Positions 23,635 to 38,205 of a stretch of DNA of 64,000 nucleotides are shown here, one piece after another. Below the pieces are notes generated by a model. That model did not search any database and had not been told where the DNA came from. It saw only the letters and a list, made by a program, of their open reading frames with translations. This DNA comes from Takakia lepidozioides. Taxonomy: Eukaryota > Plantae > Bryophyta. Position 1 is the first letter of the stretch; each line of letters begins with the position of its first letter. The stretch is from positions 79,298,001-79,362,000 of the forward strand of contig CM060731.1 in NCBI GenBank assembly GCA_030704615.1, read 5' to 3'. A program made the translations under genes and the position numbers.

Positions 23635-24520
23635 CTTAAACCATATACCCTAAACCTAATTCAAATGTTTGATGCGTATTCTTCAAGGGTTACAAGGTTG
23701 GGCATAATAGAATGGCCCTTGGGATATTTCATTCAAGTCTAATTTCTTAGGTGACAAGTCATTTGTACACTTTCCCAGGTTTTTTGGTCCATTCATACCC
23801 AGTAGTATGTTTACTACACTACTCAACTCTGTACCCTAAAACCTTATTCCAATGTCTGATGCCTATTTAATTTATTGCTTCCAGTTTTGGGTGCGGTCGA
23901 AGTAGAGGGGATATTTCCTGAATTGTTGTACGACCTCCACGTAAAGACTCACATTCCATAATTGTTTGTCCATTTATAGTTCTCTAAACCCTAAACCCTA
24001 AGCCCTTAAACGTAACTCCATTGTTTGATGCGTATTCTTCATAGATTAGATACAATCTGTGGTTGGGAAATTTTATTCCCTAAACTCTAAATCATAGGTG
24101 ACAAGTCATCTGTACCTTTCCTAATATTTTCTTTTCCATTCATACCGAGTACTATGGTTAGTACCCTCGCAAACTATATACCATAAAACCTAATTTCAAT
24201 GTTTGATGCTTATTTATTTATTACTTCCAATTTTGGGTACGGTCGAAGTAGTGGGGATAACATTTCATGAATTGTTCTATGTATGGGTAAAGACTCAAAC
24301 TGCAGTTTTCTAAAACCCTAAACCCTAAACCAAACTCCACTGTTTGATTCACATTCCTCATAGAAATTTGGATATAATCTGTGGTTGGGATATTTCATTA
24401 ACAAATTTTCATAGGTGCCAAGTCATCTGTACACTTTCCCATATTTTCTTTTCCATTCATACCAAGTATTATGTTTCAATGTACCCTAGCAAACTCTATA
24501 ACCTAAAACCTAATTCCAGC
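23635..24520 (+). repeat. Tandem repeat of ~330-350 bp (about 2.6 copies) containing plant telomere-like CCCTAAA units
   Basis: Repeated TGTTTGATGCGTATTCTTCA, TAGGTGACAAGTCAT and CGGTCGAAGTAG; AAACCCTAAACCCTAA at ~23986 and ~24313. Confidence 0.85.
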
Positions 24521-25008
24521 TTGGTTCAATGACTTTATAGCTGAATCTACATGACACTCTTCCGCAATATTTGGTTGTCATATGAACATTTCGGAATGAT
24601 CCCTAAATATTTTGAAACATAATTCACATGTTTCATTGAAATCCAACCTTATTCCATTCAACGTTTTAATCCATCAATTGAAAACTTGCAATACATTGGT
24701 TCATGGTACTACTATATTGTAAGCATGGTATGGATGTTTACTTTTCATTTGTATATTATCTTCTTGAATCATCTGTTTATGTCATACATCTATCAATTTA
24801 TTAATAACTTCATTCAATCGATCTTATCTTTATAATTTTCTGACGCAAAGTACGTCATTCGACTTACCATTCGATGTTACATGAATGGGATTGTGCAACT
24901 TCACAAGTTAAATGACTCAATATTCCACGATATTATTATTAATACCTGAATTAATTTTAATTATGTTATATATTAAGTTTGGTCCGGATTTAAGCCAAAA
25001 GTCCGGAA

Positions 25009-26148
25009 TTACTTAAAATAGGGTTGAACGGTGATTATGAGAGAAATGGGTGCGTGATCGAAGCCCATGGGAATTGGCTGTTGAATGTCTCTTGCCGCCC
25101 ATTGATCGAGATTTAGAGAGACGTATGCTCTGTCTAAGCGAGCCATACGAAGATCCCCCAGAGCTCTGTTGTTTGTACAAGTGAAGGAGAGACCATTCCC
25201 TTCTGCGAGAGGGGGACCGCTTTGGTTAGACCGTTGTTTTGAGTGCATGAGAGCCATCTGTCCATCTCATCTAAATTAGGTGAGAAGGAGCATCATGCCC
25301 CTCTCATGTCCTCCTGGTTTTCTATCATATTAAAATCACCGACAACAATCCAGCTATCTATAGAGCTTTTTGCTTGCATATGATCATCCAGAAACGACCA
25401 AAAGTCACTTCTTTCAGCTGTCGTGTTGGGGGCGTAAATGTTAAGAAGTCCAATGGTCCCCATGTTATTGGGAAGGGTGAAGACACACATTTGAGCTCTG
25501 CCAGGTATCCAACAGGCCTCAGAAGTGACAAGGCATTGCAATGAGGGGGAGATGATGATTGCTGTCCACCCTTTAGTTCCTTCAGAGGTGGGCTTCCAGA
25601 AGGCCGAGGCCAAAGACCATAAATGGTCTGAAAGTGAGTTTATTTTCGTAGGGTCTAGTTTATGTTCTTGCAGGAAGATGATTGAGTCTTTTAGGAGGTG
25701 AGGGCCTAACCAGGATTTGATTTTGAGGCGCTTGAGGGAGTTAGGGTCGGCCCCAAGTCCCCTAATGTTCCACGATGAGTATCATTAGATGGTCGAGGAA
25801 GGGCAAGATAGGAGGTCTCATTTGATGGCCCATTTTGACGGAAAGTAAATCTGACTCTACGGTCTGCTGGAAGAAGGGACTTAGCCCACTGATGCCCGAC
25901 GGGAGGTTTGGGGGATTTTTTGAGGATCTGGATAAAGAGAGCACGAAAGATATCTGCAGGTCGCCTGAATGTTTTTGGGTAGAATTGTTGGAATGGTACT
26001 TCTTGTAAAGAAAGGGAGACTAAACTAACTAGGTTAGGGAAAAAATCAGCGTTTTGTAGAGCCTGGAGGAGGGGTTGCGTTTCTCTTGAATCCAAGGCAA
26101 TGGATCCTGAAGGGATAGAGGAAGGTATGGATAGCGATGGGAGAAGTG
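25009..26148 (-). mobile_element. L1-type LINE fragment (ORF2 apurinic-endonuclease domain), degenerate
   Basis: SSWNIRGLG (~25780), IFLQEHKL, LNIYAPN, WIVVGDFN, ARLDRAY and DHAPI motifs occur in order, with frameshifts. Truncated at ~25009. Confidence 0.85.
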
Positions 26149-26689
26149 TTTTTTTTTTTTAAATTTATTTATTTTTTACTTTCTAATACCCAACTAGTTT
26201 CATAGTCTTAGAATACTCACAAAATTCTATTATCTGTTGGTTCTCAAAAGATGCAAGAATCCGGATTTGCAGACAATTATCAGCTAGTGATAAACTTGTT
26301 CGCCAGTTACCAACCCAAATATAAATAATTTACTTTACTTTAATTTAATTTAAACTACAAAAAGTGGAATTTAATTCAAAGTGGTAGCTAGAACAGGCAC
26401 GGTCCTTCAATTTAAAAGCATACCTAGTTTCCCAAAGAAAATAAACTCTATGTTGTACTTTTGTAGACATATGTAAAATCAAGTGAAATCAGTTAGGAAA
26501 ATTGGTGCCTAGTCATTTTTTTTTAATTTTTAATTTTTAATTTTCTGGTAAACAGGGGACAGAGGCCCTGTCTTATTGTCAAACATGGCCCAATCTGCAG
26601 TACAAATATTCTTCTCATCCATCATGTTGTGTAAAAATCTCTTGATCATTGGTTCATATTGATACCATGTGCATGGTCCTTGTTTTTAC

Positions 26690-28450
26690 CAGTGTTGGAC
26701 TGGTATATAGGGCCAGGCCGGGTATCAACTAGGGTATTGAAGAACCTACCCGGCTGGTATCTACTTTTGTAATACTATGGTTAAGAACCGGAATCCTTGG
26801 TATTGGCATAGGCTATATCCACGTTATACTCGTATCAATATATGAAGCAAGCCAGTTTGTTTGTTTTGTTTTGTTTTGTTTGTTTGTAGCGTCGTTGAGA
26901 TATCCCAAACCACGGGCCCAGCCCTGGTGCTTGGTGCCGTTGGAAAGCCCTCGATGAGGAGGGGTGCACCGGCTTGGTCTCATGATTTTTGGACCGGCGG
27001 TGTGGAAGATGTGGAATTTCAAGTGCTTTGGGTCGCTGGAAATTCGGGAAAAATAGCAAAGTGGGCTTTCCTGGAGTAGTGATTGGCCCTCCACGTGGCA
27101 GATTTGGAATTTCAAGTCCTTTTGATTGCTGGAAATTCGCAAAAGATAGCAAAAAGTGGATATATCAATATATGAAGCCTCGACAGGGGAGATTGCAAAA
27201 ATAGCAAATTGGGCAATGATATAAAGATACATTGGGGATTGCAGTGGACACTGGAGGTCCCACTTGGGCCTCTCCATGGGAGATGCACTTGGATACATCT
27301 TGGGCTTAGATTTCAAATTTTCACACATGGGCCAACGACATAGGCTACACTAGAGGTCGCACTTTGGCCTCGACATAGGAGACACACTTTGATACATAGC
27401 ATATTGCATATGGGCTTAGATGACACTGGACACTTGGGCCAACGGCACAGGCTACCCTAGATCTCCCAAAGAGTGGGGCCTCTGGATACATAGGCGATCG
27501 CAAAAATAGCAAAGTGGGGTTTGGGATTGCACTTGGACTTAGGTGACTAGAGGTTGCACTTGGGCCTCTACATGAGAGACGCACTTGGATACATAGGAGA
27601 TTGCACTTGGGCTTGGATTTCAATTCTTCACACATGGGCCAATTGCAGAGGCTACCCTAAATCTCCCAAAGAGTGGGGCCTTTGGATACATAGGGGATTG
27701 CACTTGGAGATAGATGACATTGGACACTTGGGCCAACGACACAAGCTACACTAGAGGTCGCACTTGGGCCTCGACATAGGAGATGCACTAGGATACATAG
27801 GGGATTGCACTTGGGCTTAGATGTCAGTGGACACTTGGGCCAATGGCACAGGCTACCCTAGTTAGGGGTAAAAAGAAGGATGATGTGCATGGTATTAGTA
27901 TCAACCAATGTTGGGCAGGTGAACATCAAGCCCACCACCTCCTCTTTACTATTTCACCCAACATGCCATATCTTGTTGAAGACCTTGTCTTTCCTCGATC
28001 AAGAGTTTTCTTCTGTTCAAACACAAATATGATGGATGAGAAGAGTCTCTGCATTGCAGATTTGCCGACGTTGAACAATGAGACTTGGAACCAGTTTTCC
28101 TAACTGATTGCACTTGATTTGACAAAACAGTCATGTAATGCAAAGGGCTTTTGCAACATTTTTAGGGGAACCATGTCTACTTATAAATTGGCCCCATGAT
28201 ACTCAGGCTACCACTTTAATAAATTATTATTATTTTAATACCTGGATTGGTAACCGGCTGGTTTACCATTGGAATACACTGTTGATAAGAGGCGGGGAAT
28301 TCACAATCCTGCATCTTTTGAGAACCAACGGATATTAAAATTTTGTGAGTATTCTAGAAGTAATATGGAACTGGCTGGTATTGAAAAGTAAAAATATTTG
28401 AATATGAGGACCCGGCTGGTATTAAAAACAGTAATGCCCACCCAACACTG
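26690..28450. mobile_element. Non-autonomous hAT-like element
   Basis: TIRs CAGTGTTGG (26690) and CCAACACTG (ends 28450), 8-bp flanks GTTTTTAC/GTTTTTAG, and subterminal CCGGCTGGTA motifs. Confidence 0.65.
26835..27861 (+). mobile_element. Non-autonomous Helitron nested in the hAT-like element
   Basis: A|TC 5' end and CTAG|T 3' end, no TSD, reiterated CACTTGGGCC...GGCTAC(A/C)CTAG modules. Homologous to 57025-57781. Confidence 0.78.
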
Positions 28451-28634
28451 GTTTTTAGTTTTTACCCTTGATACGGGTATTGCCTTTGCCAACACGATTA
28501 GAACGAGATAGAAGGCCGCAACTTTTCGTTCTCTGGGTCAAGCAAATCAAGCAGGGCGCTGCCATTTTATTTATTTATTTTTCTCTGTGCGTTCGATTCT
28601 CTTCACCCGGTTTGGCAGTTTCATCTCTCCACTG

Positions 28635-28666
<32 letters not shown>

Positions 28667-29951
28667 CTTCAAGCTTTCGTCTTTTCGCTTAGCCTAAGCT
28701 ACCACACTCCATCGTCATGAGAAGGCTGAGGGCCGCGGTAAAAAGTGCCACTACAAGGGTTCCGGTTCTTAACCCGATTAGGAAATACCAGCCAGGTCAG
28801 CCCTTTCATACCCTGGTTAAAAATAACCGACCCTAGGAGCATCAGACAAAAGAGAAGACCATCCATCATCAGCATTCCATCAGCATTCCACAGGCGGGAT
28901 GTTGACATTATCCTTTTCCAAAGATAGTATTGAATGGTCACAAGGAAAAGCTGCATTATAGATGCTTAGGGCAAGGAAGAATGATCGTCATGGATATATT
29001 CCTCCTGCTCAGTCAATATTTTAATTTTTTGGATACCCCCATCAGTAAGTTGGATGGCTTTCTTTACATATGAGAGACGACCCGAATTGACTTTTACGCA
29101 CCAATTACCTAGTTACTTCTTGCCATCTGAGTCAATAGCCTTTGGACAAGTGGCACTGGAAGTACGAGAAGCAGCTAATAACTTATATACATGTGTGTGC
29201 ATACTCCTAGGACATTGTTTGCCGTAGATTTGTGGTCATAGACCTCACCAAGGTAGAAACTAAAAACACCTAAAATGGAGCACTTCCCAATTCGGACCCC
29301 TAGAAAAATACATAAAACTAACCATATACCATCTCTAAAAGGTGCTTTGATCACAAGTGGTCCAGACTAGGTCATGTGTCAGGCCGCAATGGAACTCCAA
29401 TGAACCCTTTTAACTCATACATGATGATGATGACATGATGATGATGACGCTATGTTTGGGTGGAACTATGTGTGTGTGTGTGTGTGTAGAGCACTGAAGG
29501 GAGGGAACCAGAGAACCCCGAATTTATTGCAGGAGGGGAAACAATAAGGCCGAGGGCCATGAGGCACCACAATGCGAGCAGTGAAACTACCCACAGGCCG
29601 AAGCAAGGGCCAGCAGCCCAAACACAGCAGGAAAATTACAGAAAGGGCAAAGCTGAAGAAACAAATGTACAGTAGGGTTAAGAAAAGTCACGGCGACCAG
29701 TGCGGGCCCCCAGGGGTTAAAAGAATGCTAAACTAATGAAGATGTAAAACTTTTGGAGAATGAGGCAAGCCTTGTTATCAATTTAGAATGGTAACTTCTG
29801 CAGGTGCTAACCTCTCCACTGCTATGAAAGGGCGGCTTCCGCACACACCACCACTACAGATGAAATCCTCCCATATTCTAGCCAAACAGTTGAAATCAAA
29901 CCCTGTAAAGTACTACAAACCACAAGACATCTTGCATGTTTCCAGACAACC

Positions 29952-32900
29952 TCACTTTGCCCAAGCAACTGAATCAATCTCATCACGTGCATGCTTGTAC
30001 AGATCCAACCTTTGTGCGCATGCACTCCTGCGCTCCATCAACGTGGGATCCTCATCTAGCATTTGTGCTAACTGCTTACCCTGTAAGACATGCAATTCAA
30101 CCATCAAAGCTGGCACGTGCTCAACGACAAGACCTGTCACTGCTGTTGGAGTGCTGTGACTTCCACACTTCCTCTTTCATCCTACTACTTGATTGACCAA
30201 ATGTCTCAGGGCCCATTATTGGGTAACCAAGAATTTGGACCACAGCTATGAGGCAGGGTCCAAATTCCTGCCGAACAGGAATGCACATAATCATACATCG
30301 TTCCAATCAAATTTTTAGATTCCTAGTCAATGCGAGTGGACCCTTGATGTCAGGTACGGATGTTTGACAGTTAGCCGTTGAGCAATGCTTTTGTCAGCCA
30401 CAAGCAACCCACCGGAGCTGCTACCATGCTTACCCATCACAGAACCCTGTAACAGCTCTGGGGAACTTCCATTTTGTAAGGATGCATGCCTCCTTCCTGT
30501 GTGTTTTACCTCTGATCTTCTGTGTTCTTTAAAATATTCAAGCAAGCACCCAATTCTTTGTCCAAACTTGGAACAAGTGGATAAATAATTTGTGAGCTAA
30601 TACTTACATTCCTCTATAATGGCTGCCTGGGGCTGAAAAAGTGTGCATATACAATCCTGTGCATGACCTCAGGCTCCAAGAAACTTTGAACATTTTCCAT
30701 AGAGCAGTGGATCAATGCCCCCTTCATGTCTCTGGTTTGCTCCTACATAAGTACACTTTGGTCACATTTGCGTTGTCATAAACAAAGAACAAAGAACCAT
30801 GCAACCGGGAGAGAAGACGTCTTTCCGTACCTCTCGCTTCCCAACCTGTGTGTAGAAAGTGTCAAGCAACGAACGCTTTGCCTCCCGTACTTGGCAGTGA
30901 ACCACTGCTTTTGGGATTGAGTTTTTCAGTATCTCACAAACCATGCCCACATACGCCGAAACATTTGATCCTGCAGCGATGCATCAACAATCCCTTCAGC
31001 ATTTCTTTGGGATGAGCAGGGGCCAACAGCAAGATTGGGCTCTCATCAACAAATCTTTTGACATGGGGATGTAAGATGAGTTGACATCCGCACACTGTTT
31101 AGGATCACACATTGATCATGTCAAGTGCAATTTAAGCATATACACCACACACACATAGGTATGATTCAATACATTTAAATGTGGCAACTGACCCAGCTGA
31201 AATCTCTAGAAACTCACCAATACGTCGGAAATGAGCCTCACTGTACCGGTCCAGGGTGGAGGACGCAGGGTTACCCCCCTTCTCCACTTCTTGGGGGAGT
31301 TTTCTAAAGAAATCCACTGTAAAATAACTTTGCTCCATCTCGACTAATCTAATGGCTGTCCTCTTGCTGTCATCACGGAAGTGCTCCAGAGCCGATGTTG
31401 CTGCAGCTGCCAACTCTCCTTGCAATGTGGGAAATCGCCTGAGCTCCTACAATTTTCAACTTAGCATAGTTACGATCAATCTGTAACCATCATTATAAAC
31501 TGCTCGTTGGTGGTGTAACACGCAGTCCACATCCGAACTACTTTGTCAGCCTTCACCCAGAAATGCATGTCCATAATATCAGATACCTTGCAGTACCCTG
31601 AGGTACTTAGTGTCTGAAAATAACCAGCTGCCATTTTGTTTTATGCAAAATCTCAAATGTACGTCTCAAGTTACCATGATAGATTAGTGTGCTTTAAGAA
31701 AAATCTTTGCATAAGGACCCTTGAAAGACACTCAGCAGGAATCATGTGGGCTTCACACAAACAGTGCAAGTGAGAGAATCTTACTTGAGTTTCACCAACT
31801 GTCTTGCGCACCAAGTCTCTCAAGATGAAGTGCACCTGCACATTTGCATTGGCCAAAACTCACACTTCTTCCTTGCAATGCTAGTGAATCCACATATTTT
31901 CAAAACTTACAGGCTGGACGATACTGCAATGACGTACAACTATTTCAAGCTACATCACACAGAACCCTCACACATTAACAGCGCCAGCTCACAGAGGGCC
32001 CTGCTTAGCTCACTTATGGTATATCTCATCCAGCTCATTCAGTGCCTCCAGCTCACTATCAGTGAACTGACACTCAACTGTTCTTTGTAACAGCTGCAGC
32101 ATGGTCCCACTGGACAAACCCACCAATCAACGCACTAACACAAGTTTCATAGCATTCCACACCAAACCAGGGAACAAGAAGTGGACTGGCAGTAGTTCTG
32201 ACCTACCGCATCAACAACAGCTTCAGCTGGCCCTCGAAAAAGATTCAAAGAACCCTCTATAAGACGCCTGTATCCCTGTTCTGGAGCAATCAAGTGAGGC
32301 TGATACCCATCGGCCTCAGAGACAACCTTCCGTATATTCTGCATAGAGAGCTGCTTCTCAAATGGCAGCTTCTTCAGTGCTGCTGGCAGCTGGTTATCAA
32401 AAACCCCATAGATGCGTTCACCACCAGGCCGCCTGCATAATTGGACATGTCACCCTTTATATCTCAGTTCCAGTAGTACAACAGAGTCCCAGATAAACAT
32501 ACTTGAAATGATCTGTAAAGATAGAAGTCTCTACCTTGCCCCTCCACCCTCTCCACTCATTTTCACCTTTGAGAAGCTGGGCACAGGGTCTAATGCTGGG
32601 TAAAATAAAAGATGTCCACCTTCCACAAGGAAGGTAATAGCCCTTTTGGGGAAGAGACACCATAATTTACACTTGCTTCACCTTATTGGATGTAGATGTT
32701 GGTTTTACTTTTCCCACCATAAAATACATACAAGTATAGAAACCTTTATCGTGTGTACAGTCGAGTACACATACCCTCCATCCAAGTGATCCTTGAAGAT
32801 ATGATCGAATGCTCTGCAAATCTCCAAAATAGTGTACAGTTGAGCCTGCACCGCAAACAAGATAACAATTAACCTAGCAAACAAGTCTGGGAGATGTTAT

Positions 32901-35900
32901 CCTAAACATCTACATCAGCAAACAGACGAGAAAAAGTATCAAAGCTCCAGATCTTAGGGAACAGAAACCATCATAAAAAATCACCGAAAACATCTGCAGT
33001 AGCCATTTCCTCCAGCTAAATCAGCAGGAAGACAAACAGGCTTACCCCAGCGTCAACAGCAATTGGCCTACCAAGCTGATTCATCTCCATCTCCAGTTCA
33101 TCAATAGTCTTATTGATGAGTGACTGAATGCTTGGAATACGGGCTTTGATTACGGCCTCCAGATGCTGCGCACATGACATTTCATGTGAAAATTAGCAAT
33201 AGACTATCAAGATAGCATGGAAGACACAAATCAGATGTTAAAAAGTAGGGCTGAAGAATGAACATAATCCAGTATAACCACGGGCAACCAATATACTATT
33301 ACTATGGCTGCAGAAGAAGTTTATGCTTTTAAGCCCAGTAGAAAGTAAGGAAAGTATGATCATGTTCCAGCATACCCCAAGGCAACCAATACACTGTTAG
33401 GATGGTAGCAAAAAAAGTTTATGCTTTAAAGCCCTGTAAGACTTAATGAAATCACCCTAACAAAAATTGTGACAATGTAAATGAGTTGGCACTCAGCTGA
33501 TTCACACAGCGGTCAACCTGAACAATTTCACCGCAATATTTGGCCTGACAACTAAATACACACACCTTAGAAAGAATCTTTCCAAGATACTCTGAGCCCA
33601 TGCGGTTCGTTAGATGTCCATAATCCAGACTACCCTGGAAGTAATCCCTTTCCCTCCGCCTAGCTGCTACAATATCGACATTCCTGTTGATATCTGCCTG
33701 TGATCGATTTACTACTCCAACCCAAGGATTCACCAATCGATATGCCCGGCCTTCCAAAACCTGTACACACAATCATGAGAATCACACAATCTCCCGGTCT
33801 GTTATTTGTGCCAACAACATCAGTGCTTTCTTCTACGGAGGCCAGTAACTTATGAGTCATGTTTGCTTGCAGATACTCTTTCCCCATCTTATTTCCTTAG
33901 ACTCTAATCGTACTCTACTACATAATCAGACCTCACAAACACGTGGTAAAATGAAAATATATACCAGAAAATGGAACTTACATCTAGAGCATTGGTTCCC
34001 TTGTCCATGAGATCAAGCTTGGTCAAAACGCCAAATGTCCGCTCACCTACCAGGTTGAATAAACAGACAGCTCAATCAACAAAGTCAAAGTATTCCAACA
34101 AAGCCCAATACCACAGGTGAAAATTGGAAACTGACCCCATGCTCAGAGACTCTTACACCTTCCACTCTTGAGAGAACAAAACTATATTATCCATGAGACT
34201 GATCACCAGATAAAAAATACCTAAACTTTTAACAAACTATACCAGAGTCAATCTACAGTGACAATCATTCTGTACTCGGGGGCACACAAGCGATACCTCC
34301 AGGGTCTACTTCACGAGCAAGTTTAATAGCATCTGATGTTGCAATATCTTGATTGGCAGGAGAGATAGCCAGTATGAGGGAATTTGGCTGTGTGCACCCA
34401 AACCCCCATGAGGTTAGACAACCAGACTGAAAGAAGCACAAGACCAGAACTCGGTACTGGATTAAATCCCATTGCAATGCAAGTGTCTTGGCCAGTAGTA
34501 TTGCCATTCATACTACCTATGTGTACACAATATACCACAGGATCTAAGATCTTGAGACCAACACCAGTGTCAACATTGAATGAATGAACTATGCATCATC
34601 ATCTCCCAACAAAGAGTATACTCTTTTAAATCTTTACATTTCTGGGAACTAACAGTGGACAAAACTCTGGCCATGGAAGATGGAGTGGAAGTGTCACCTT
34701 TTCAACATATGAGCGAACCATATTTTCAATATCTCCAACAATGCTGTCAGGTTGCCCCTCTGCACACACCACATGACAGACTTTCAATAATATTGCCAGA
34801 TCTGAACCAAAAAGAACTGTACTACACTCATCACTTCCAACGACTATTCTAGTATCCCATGATCAGTTCAGTCGAATAGTTGCTTTCAAGGCCTCTAGAC
34901 CATTAAACGTTCTATATAGGCCTCACCCACAGATCTGAAAAAGAAAGCTGAAGCAAGAAATGAAATGGTACTTTATAATGGAAGAAGAAAGGGACCAATC
35001 CTAACATTTGAAATGCTCAGAGACAAGCACTTACCAACAGCAACCTTTGTCAATCCAGGCAAATCGATGAGAGTCAAGTTTACCACTGCCATCACAGAAA
35101 AGAAAGGTATAAGTGACACATCCTACTAGCCACTAATCAGTTTCAAGAATGAACCATAGTGAGTAATTCAAATTCTGAATTGGAGACTTGGCCATGACTG
35201 TTTGAAGTGAATGCTGGATTACATACCATGAGGAGAATAGATGCTGAGATGTATTGGCACAGGTGATATCTGTTTGCTGCGACCAGTCACTCTGTCCGTC
35301 TCGTCCTGAATCTCCTTTCTCACATAAGCTGTATGAAAGCACCATGCCAGTTGCTAATCATACCAGAAGACAATGAACAAGACTCTCCCATATTCCAAAA
35401 TTCCACTACTGTGTCTGCAATAGTACTACAAAGATAATGCTACAAACTTGCCATTCTGATTATCCACAGGTAAGAGAATATGCTTCTTTCCGTACAAATT
35501 GAAAACAATGTTTTGCAGTGAGATTGTATGACAGTGATTGACCGGCCCGTCCCCTCTTTCCACTGTAGCAAACCACTGTGAGTACAGACCTTCCCCAATC
35601 AAAGGTCGGGGAGGCAACCTGGAAGAGACCATTCTCAGCTTACCAAAATCCAGAAACCTTTTCTTTGGAATATGAAGAAATTCGCCATATTCTGGTCCTT
35701 CCTCTGTCTTATGCAATTGCAATACAAGTGGCCGCCTTGTCACAATCCCTGCATCAGTTCAGACAGAGGGACTAGTCATGACTGGCCATTCCAAAGGAAC
35801 CCCGCTCTTAAGACAAAAGTGGTAAAGTAAGTTCAGCTCTGGAAAGCTCCAATCTCACTGTAATCTATAATATATGGCAAGGGTAAAAGTATCACCTGAT

Positions 35901-36447
35901 CCACGTGGTAGGAAGTCTCTTCCCACAATGCTCTCCAACACAGACGACTTGCCAGAGCTCTGCATCACAATCTCCGAAAGTTGTCAATCTTCGCAACACT
36001 GTTGCCAACTTTTGGAAGCTCTGCAATGTGGTTGCCCCGAAAAATCAAGTACTAGAGTTCAGAAATGTACTTATTACCCAGCTATTGTCGCGATAGTTAT
36101 CCATGAAATAAAACTGAGGTTTTCAACAATCCTCAATTCACCAACCATAAGAAAGTACTTCTTCACATGTTAAAACACTACACAGACCACCAATTAACCT
36201 CAGAGAGCAACAAGTTTCGAAAAGTTCAGCAGTAGCCACAACCGCTAGTATCATCAGCTCACCCTCCCAACCTAGCAGACAACACGACCAGGCGTGTGCA
36301 TTAAAACTCTCAACAGACCTGTCCTCCAACGACGACAACAGAAGGCAAAGACTCCCACAGCGTAGGAAGAGCGCTGTCTCCTCCATAGTCTCCAAGATTT
36401 GTGCATATTCTCTGAATCCGATTCACAAGGCCTATCAGACTCTCCAT
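29952..36447 (-). CDS. DRP1: Dynamin-related protein 1 (phragmoplastin/ADL1 type), multi-exon
   Basis: [13 protein letters not shown]...[79 protein letters not shown], ending [10 protein letters not shown]. Confidence 0.96.
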
Positions 36448-38205
36448 GCCGCCTTCTCACGTTCCTCCTTGTCTGAAGTCTCTCTTAGCAGGTCCGTCAC
36501 AATCCTTTCTCCTTCCTTCCCTTTAAAACCAACTCCGACACAGAACACGTCGAGAAAATCCGCAAATTCGCAAAATTCAGTACCCCCAAATCCACTCCTC
36601 GATCTCCCAGAATTCGGAATCTATCCAAACTCTTCCACGAGAGACTCGGGGAAAATTAACGACTAAAAATCTACAGCGTCCGACCACATTAGAGTGGCTA
36701 ATTGTATGGAACCAAGCACTGCCTTGTAACTAGAGATCTCTCTCAGGCAGCGAGACAAGGCAGAAGCAGCACTGGCCCTTCTGCGTGCTTGCTTCTACCC
36801 ATAGCTGCCTACCGACCTACGCTACCTCTACGCATACTGTCTACCCCTATAATACACACTCTAAAAATACTTATTCACTTTCTGCTCCCCAAATTCTTAC
36901 TCGTTTGTCACTGGGACCATATCGCGACCGTTGACTGACAGACATCGAGCCCAATTTGGGGTATGACTCAACAATATGTGTTAAATTTAGGTCAATTTTG
37001 GCTCCTAATTTAAAGCAAAAACATAAACCATGGACTTTGACTTTTCCACGTGGCAGAAGTCCGACTTACTCACAGTCGGTCATTGGGGCCGGTAATTGCC
37101 ACCCGCGGCCCCACGACGGCGGTCGCCGCCGTCACGCTGGCGGCGGGGTTGCCACGCGGAGAGGCTCTATAGGCGGTACCTGTGAGATTTTGGGCAGGCA
37201 GTAGCTGACACACACACACAGTGTGGTCCCTGCGTCGCAGTTAGGCCTCACCCGTTACGTTAGTGACTCGAGGTTAGGTTAACTGTTCGACGGTTATGGC
37301 TGTTCCCGTTTGTAGCTTGGCGAAATGAAGTAAGTAGTAGATTAAATTATTTTTCTTGTGTGGTTGGGTAAATGAGTGGAGGTGAAGGTAAGTATGGCTT
37401 CAGTTGGTTGGGGGAGCGCTCTTCGTATCTAGCCTGCACTTGTCTGCTACAGTCGCCTCTTCACCCTCGCCGATTGGAAGGGCCATGCCAACAATCACAA
37501 AAGCAGGCTCAGGTGATCGCTATATCTGCTGGAGCTTTCATGGAACATTGAACATGCCCGTCGCGCAACGGATGATGAGCTGGTAGGTGCAAATTTATTA
37601 GAGGAGTTGGAAAGACCAATGGGGCTGATTCCTTGCGCATTGGAAAGTCCTGGGGTGTGGAGGTTTTAAGGGTGCACAAGTGCATTTTTCCCCATTTTTG
37701 GAAGTGGACAAGATCCCTCTTCGGGCTCGGGGCACCAAAGAAGAGCCTGGTTGAAGGAGAGTTCATCACATTTCTGAAGGTCATCTTGGAGTTTGTGTGT
37801 GCGCAGGGAAGTTTTGGTTCTTTTAGCTTGGGAACCATCTTTGTAGAATTTTTGGGATTCCATAATTTGCTCATTGACGACCACAATAACCCTCCAACTC
37901 TCTCTCTCTCTCTCTCTCTGAACCTCCCTTCGACCTGATAAATTTCCTTTTAAATTCTTTCTCTTCGGCATTACATATCTAAGGCTGCATTCTCGCTTTG
38001 GCAGCAGACAAGAAATTCTTCAGAGAGAATACTTTACTGGCCACTTTCCACATTCGTTGGTCGAATTTGAGCAGCCGTCTAGAAGTGATCAAGCAAGGAC
38101 TCAAGCTCTAGCTGCTGTTCACCGCGATGGATTCCACTTCCCACCTTCCATAACGTTAGCACCTATCTAGCATTTTACTTAGGTCTGGGGCCGTAGCAGC
38201 TACTT

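Larger units (their letters stand above)
1..25008. mobile_element. Putative large outer DNA transposon (DUF7869/Sola-like DDE transposase plus ParB-like/NIF cargo gene); left end outside window, right end approximate
   Basis: The CGCGCGATCGCGCG motif occurs on both sides of the inner MULE (1227-1414 and 15826-20964). A cargo gene is split by the MULE, a DDE transposase lies at 19.6-22.9 kb, tandem repeats at 23.6-24.5 kb, and there is an abrupt junction with an L1 fragment at ~25009. No TIR or TSD pair is visible. Confidence 0.55.

Noticed and set aside
23986-24330. True telomere or chromosome-fusion site
   Set aside because: Only two or three CCCTAAA units per site, embedded in a larger tandem repeat.
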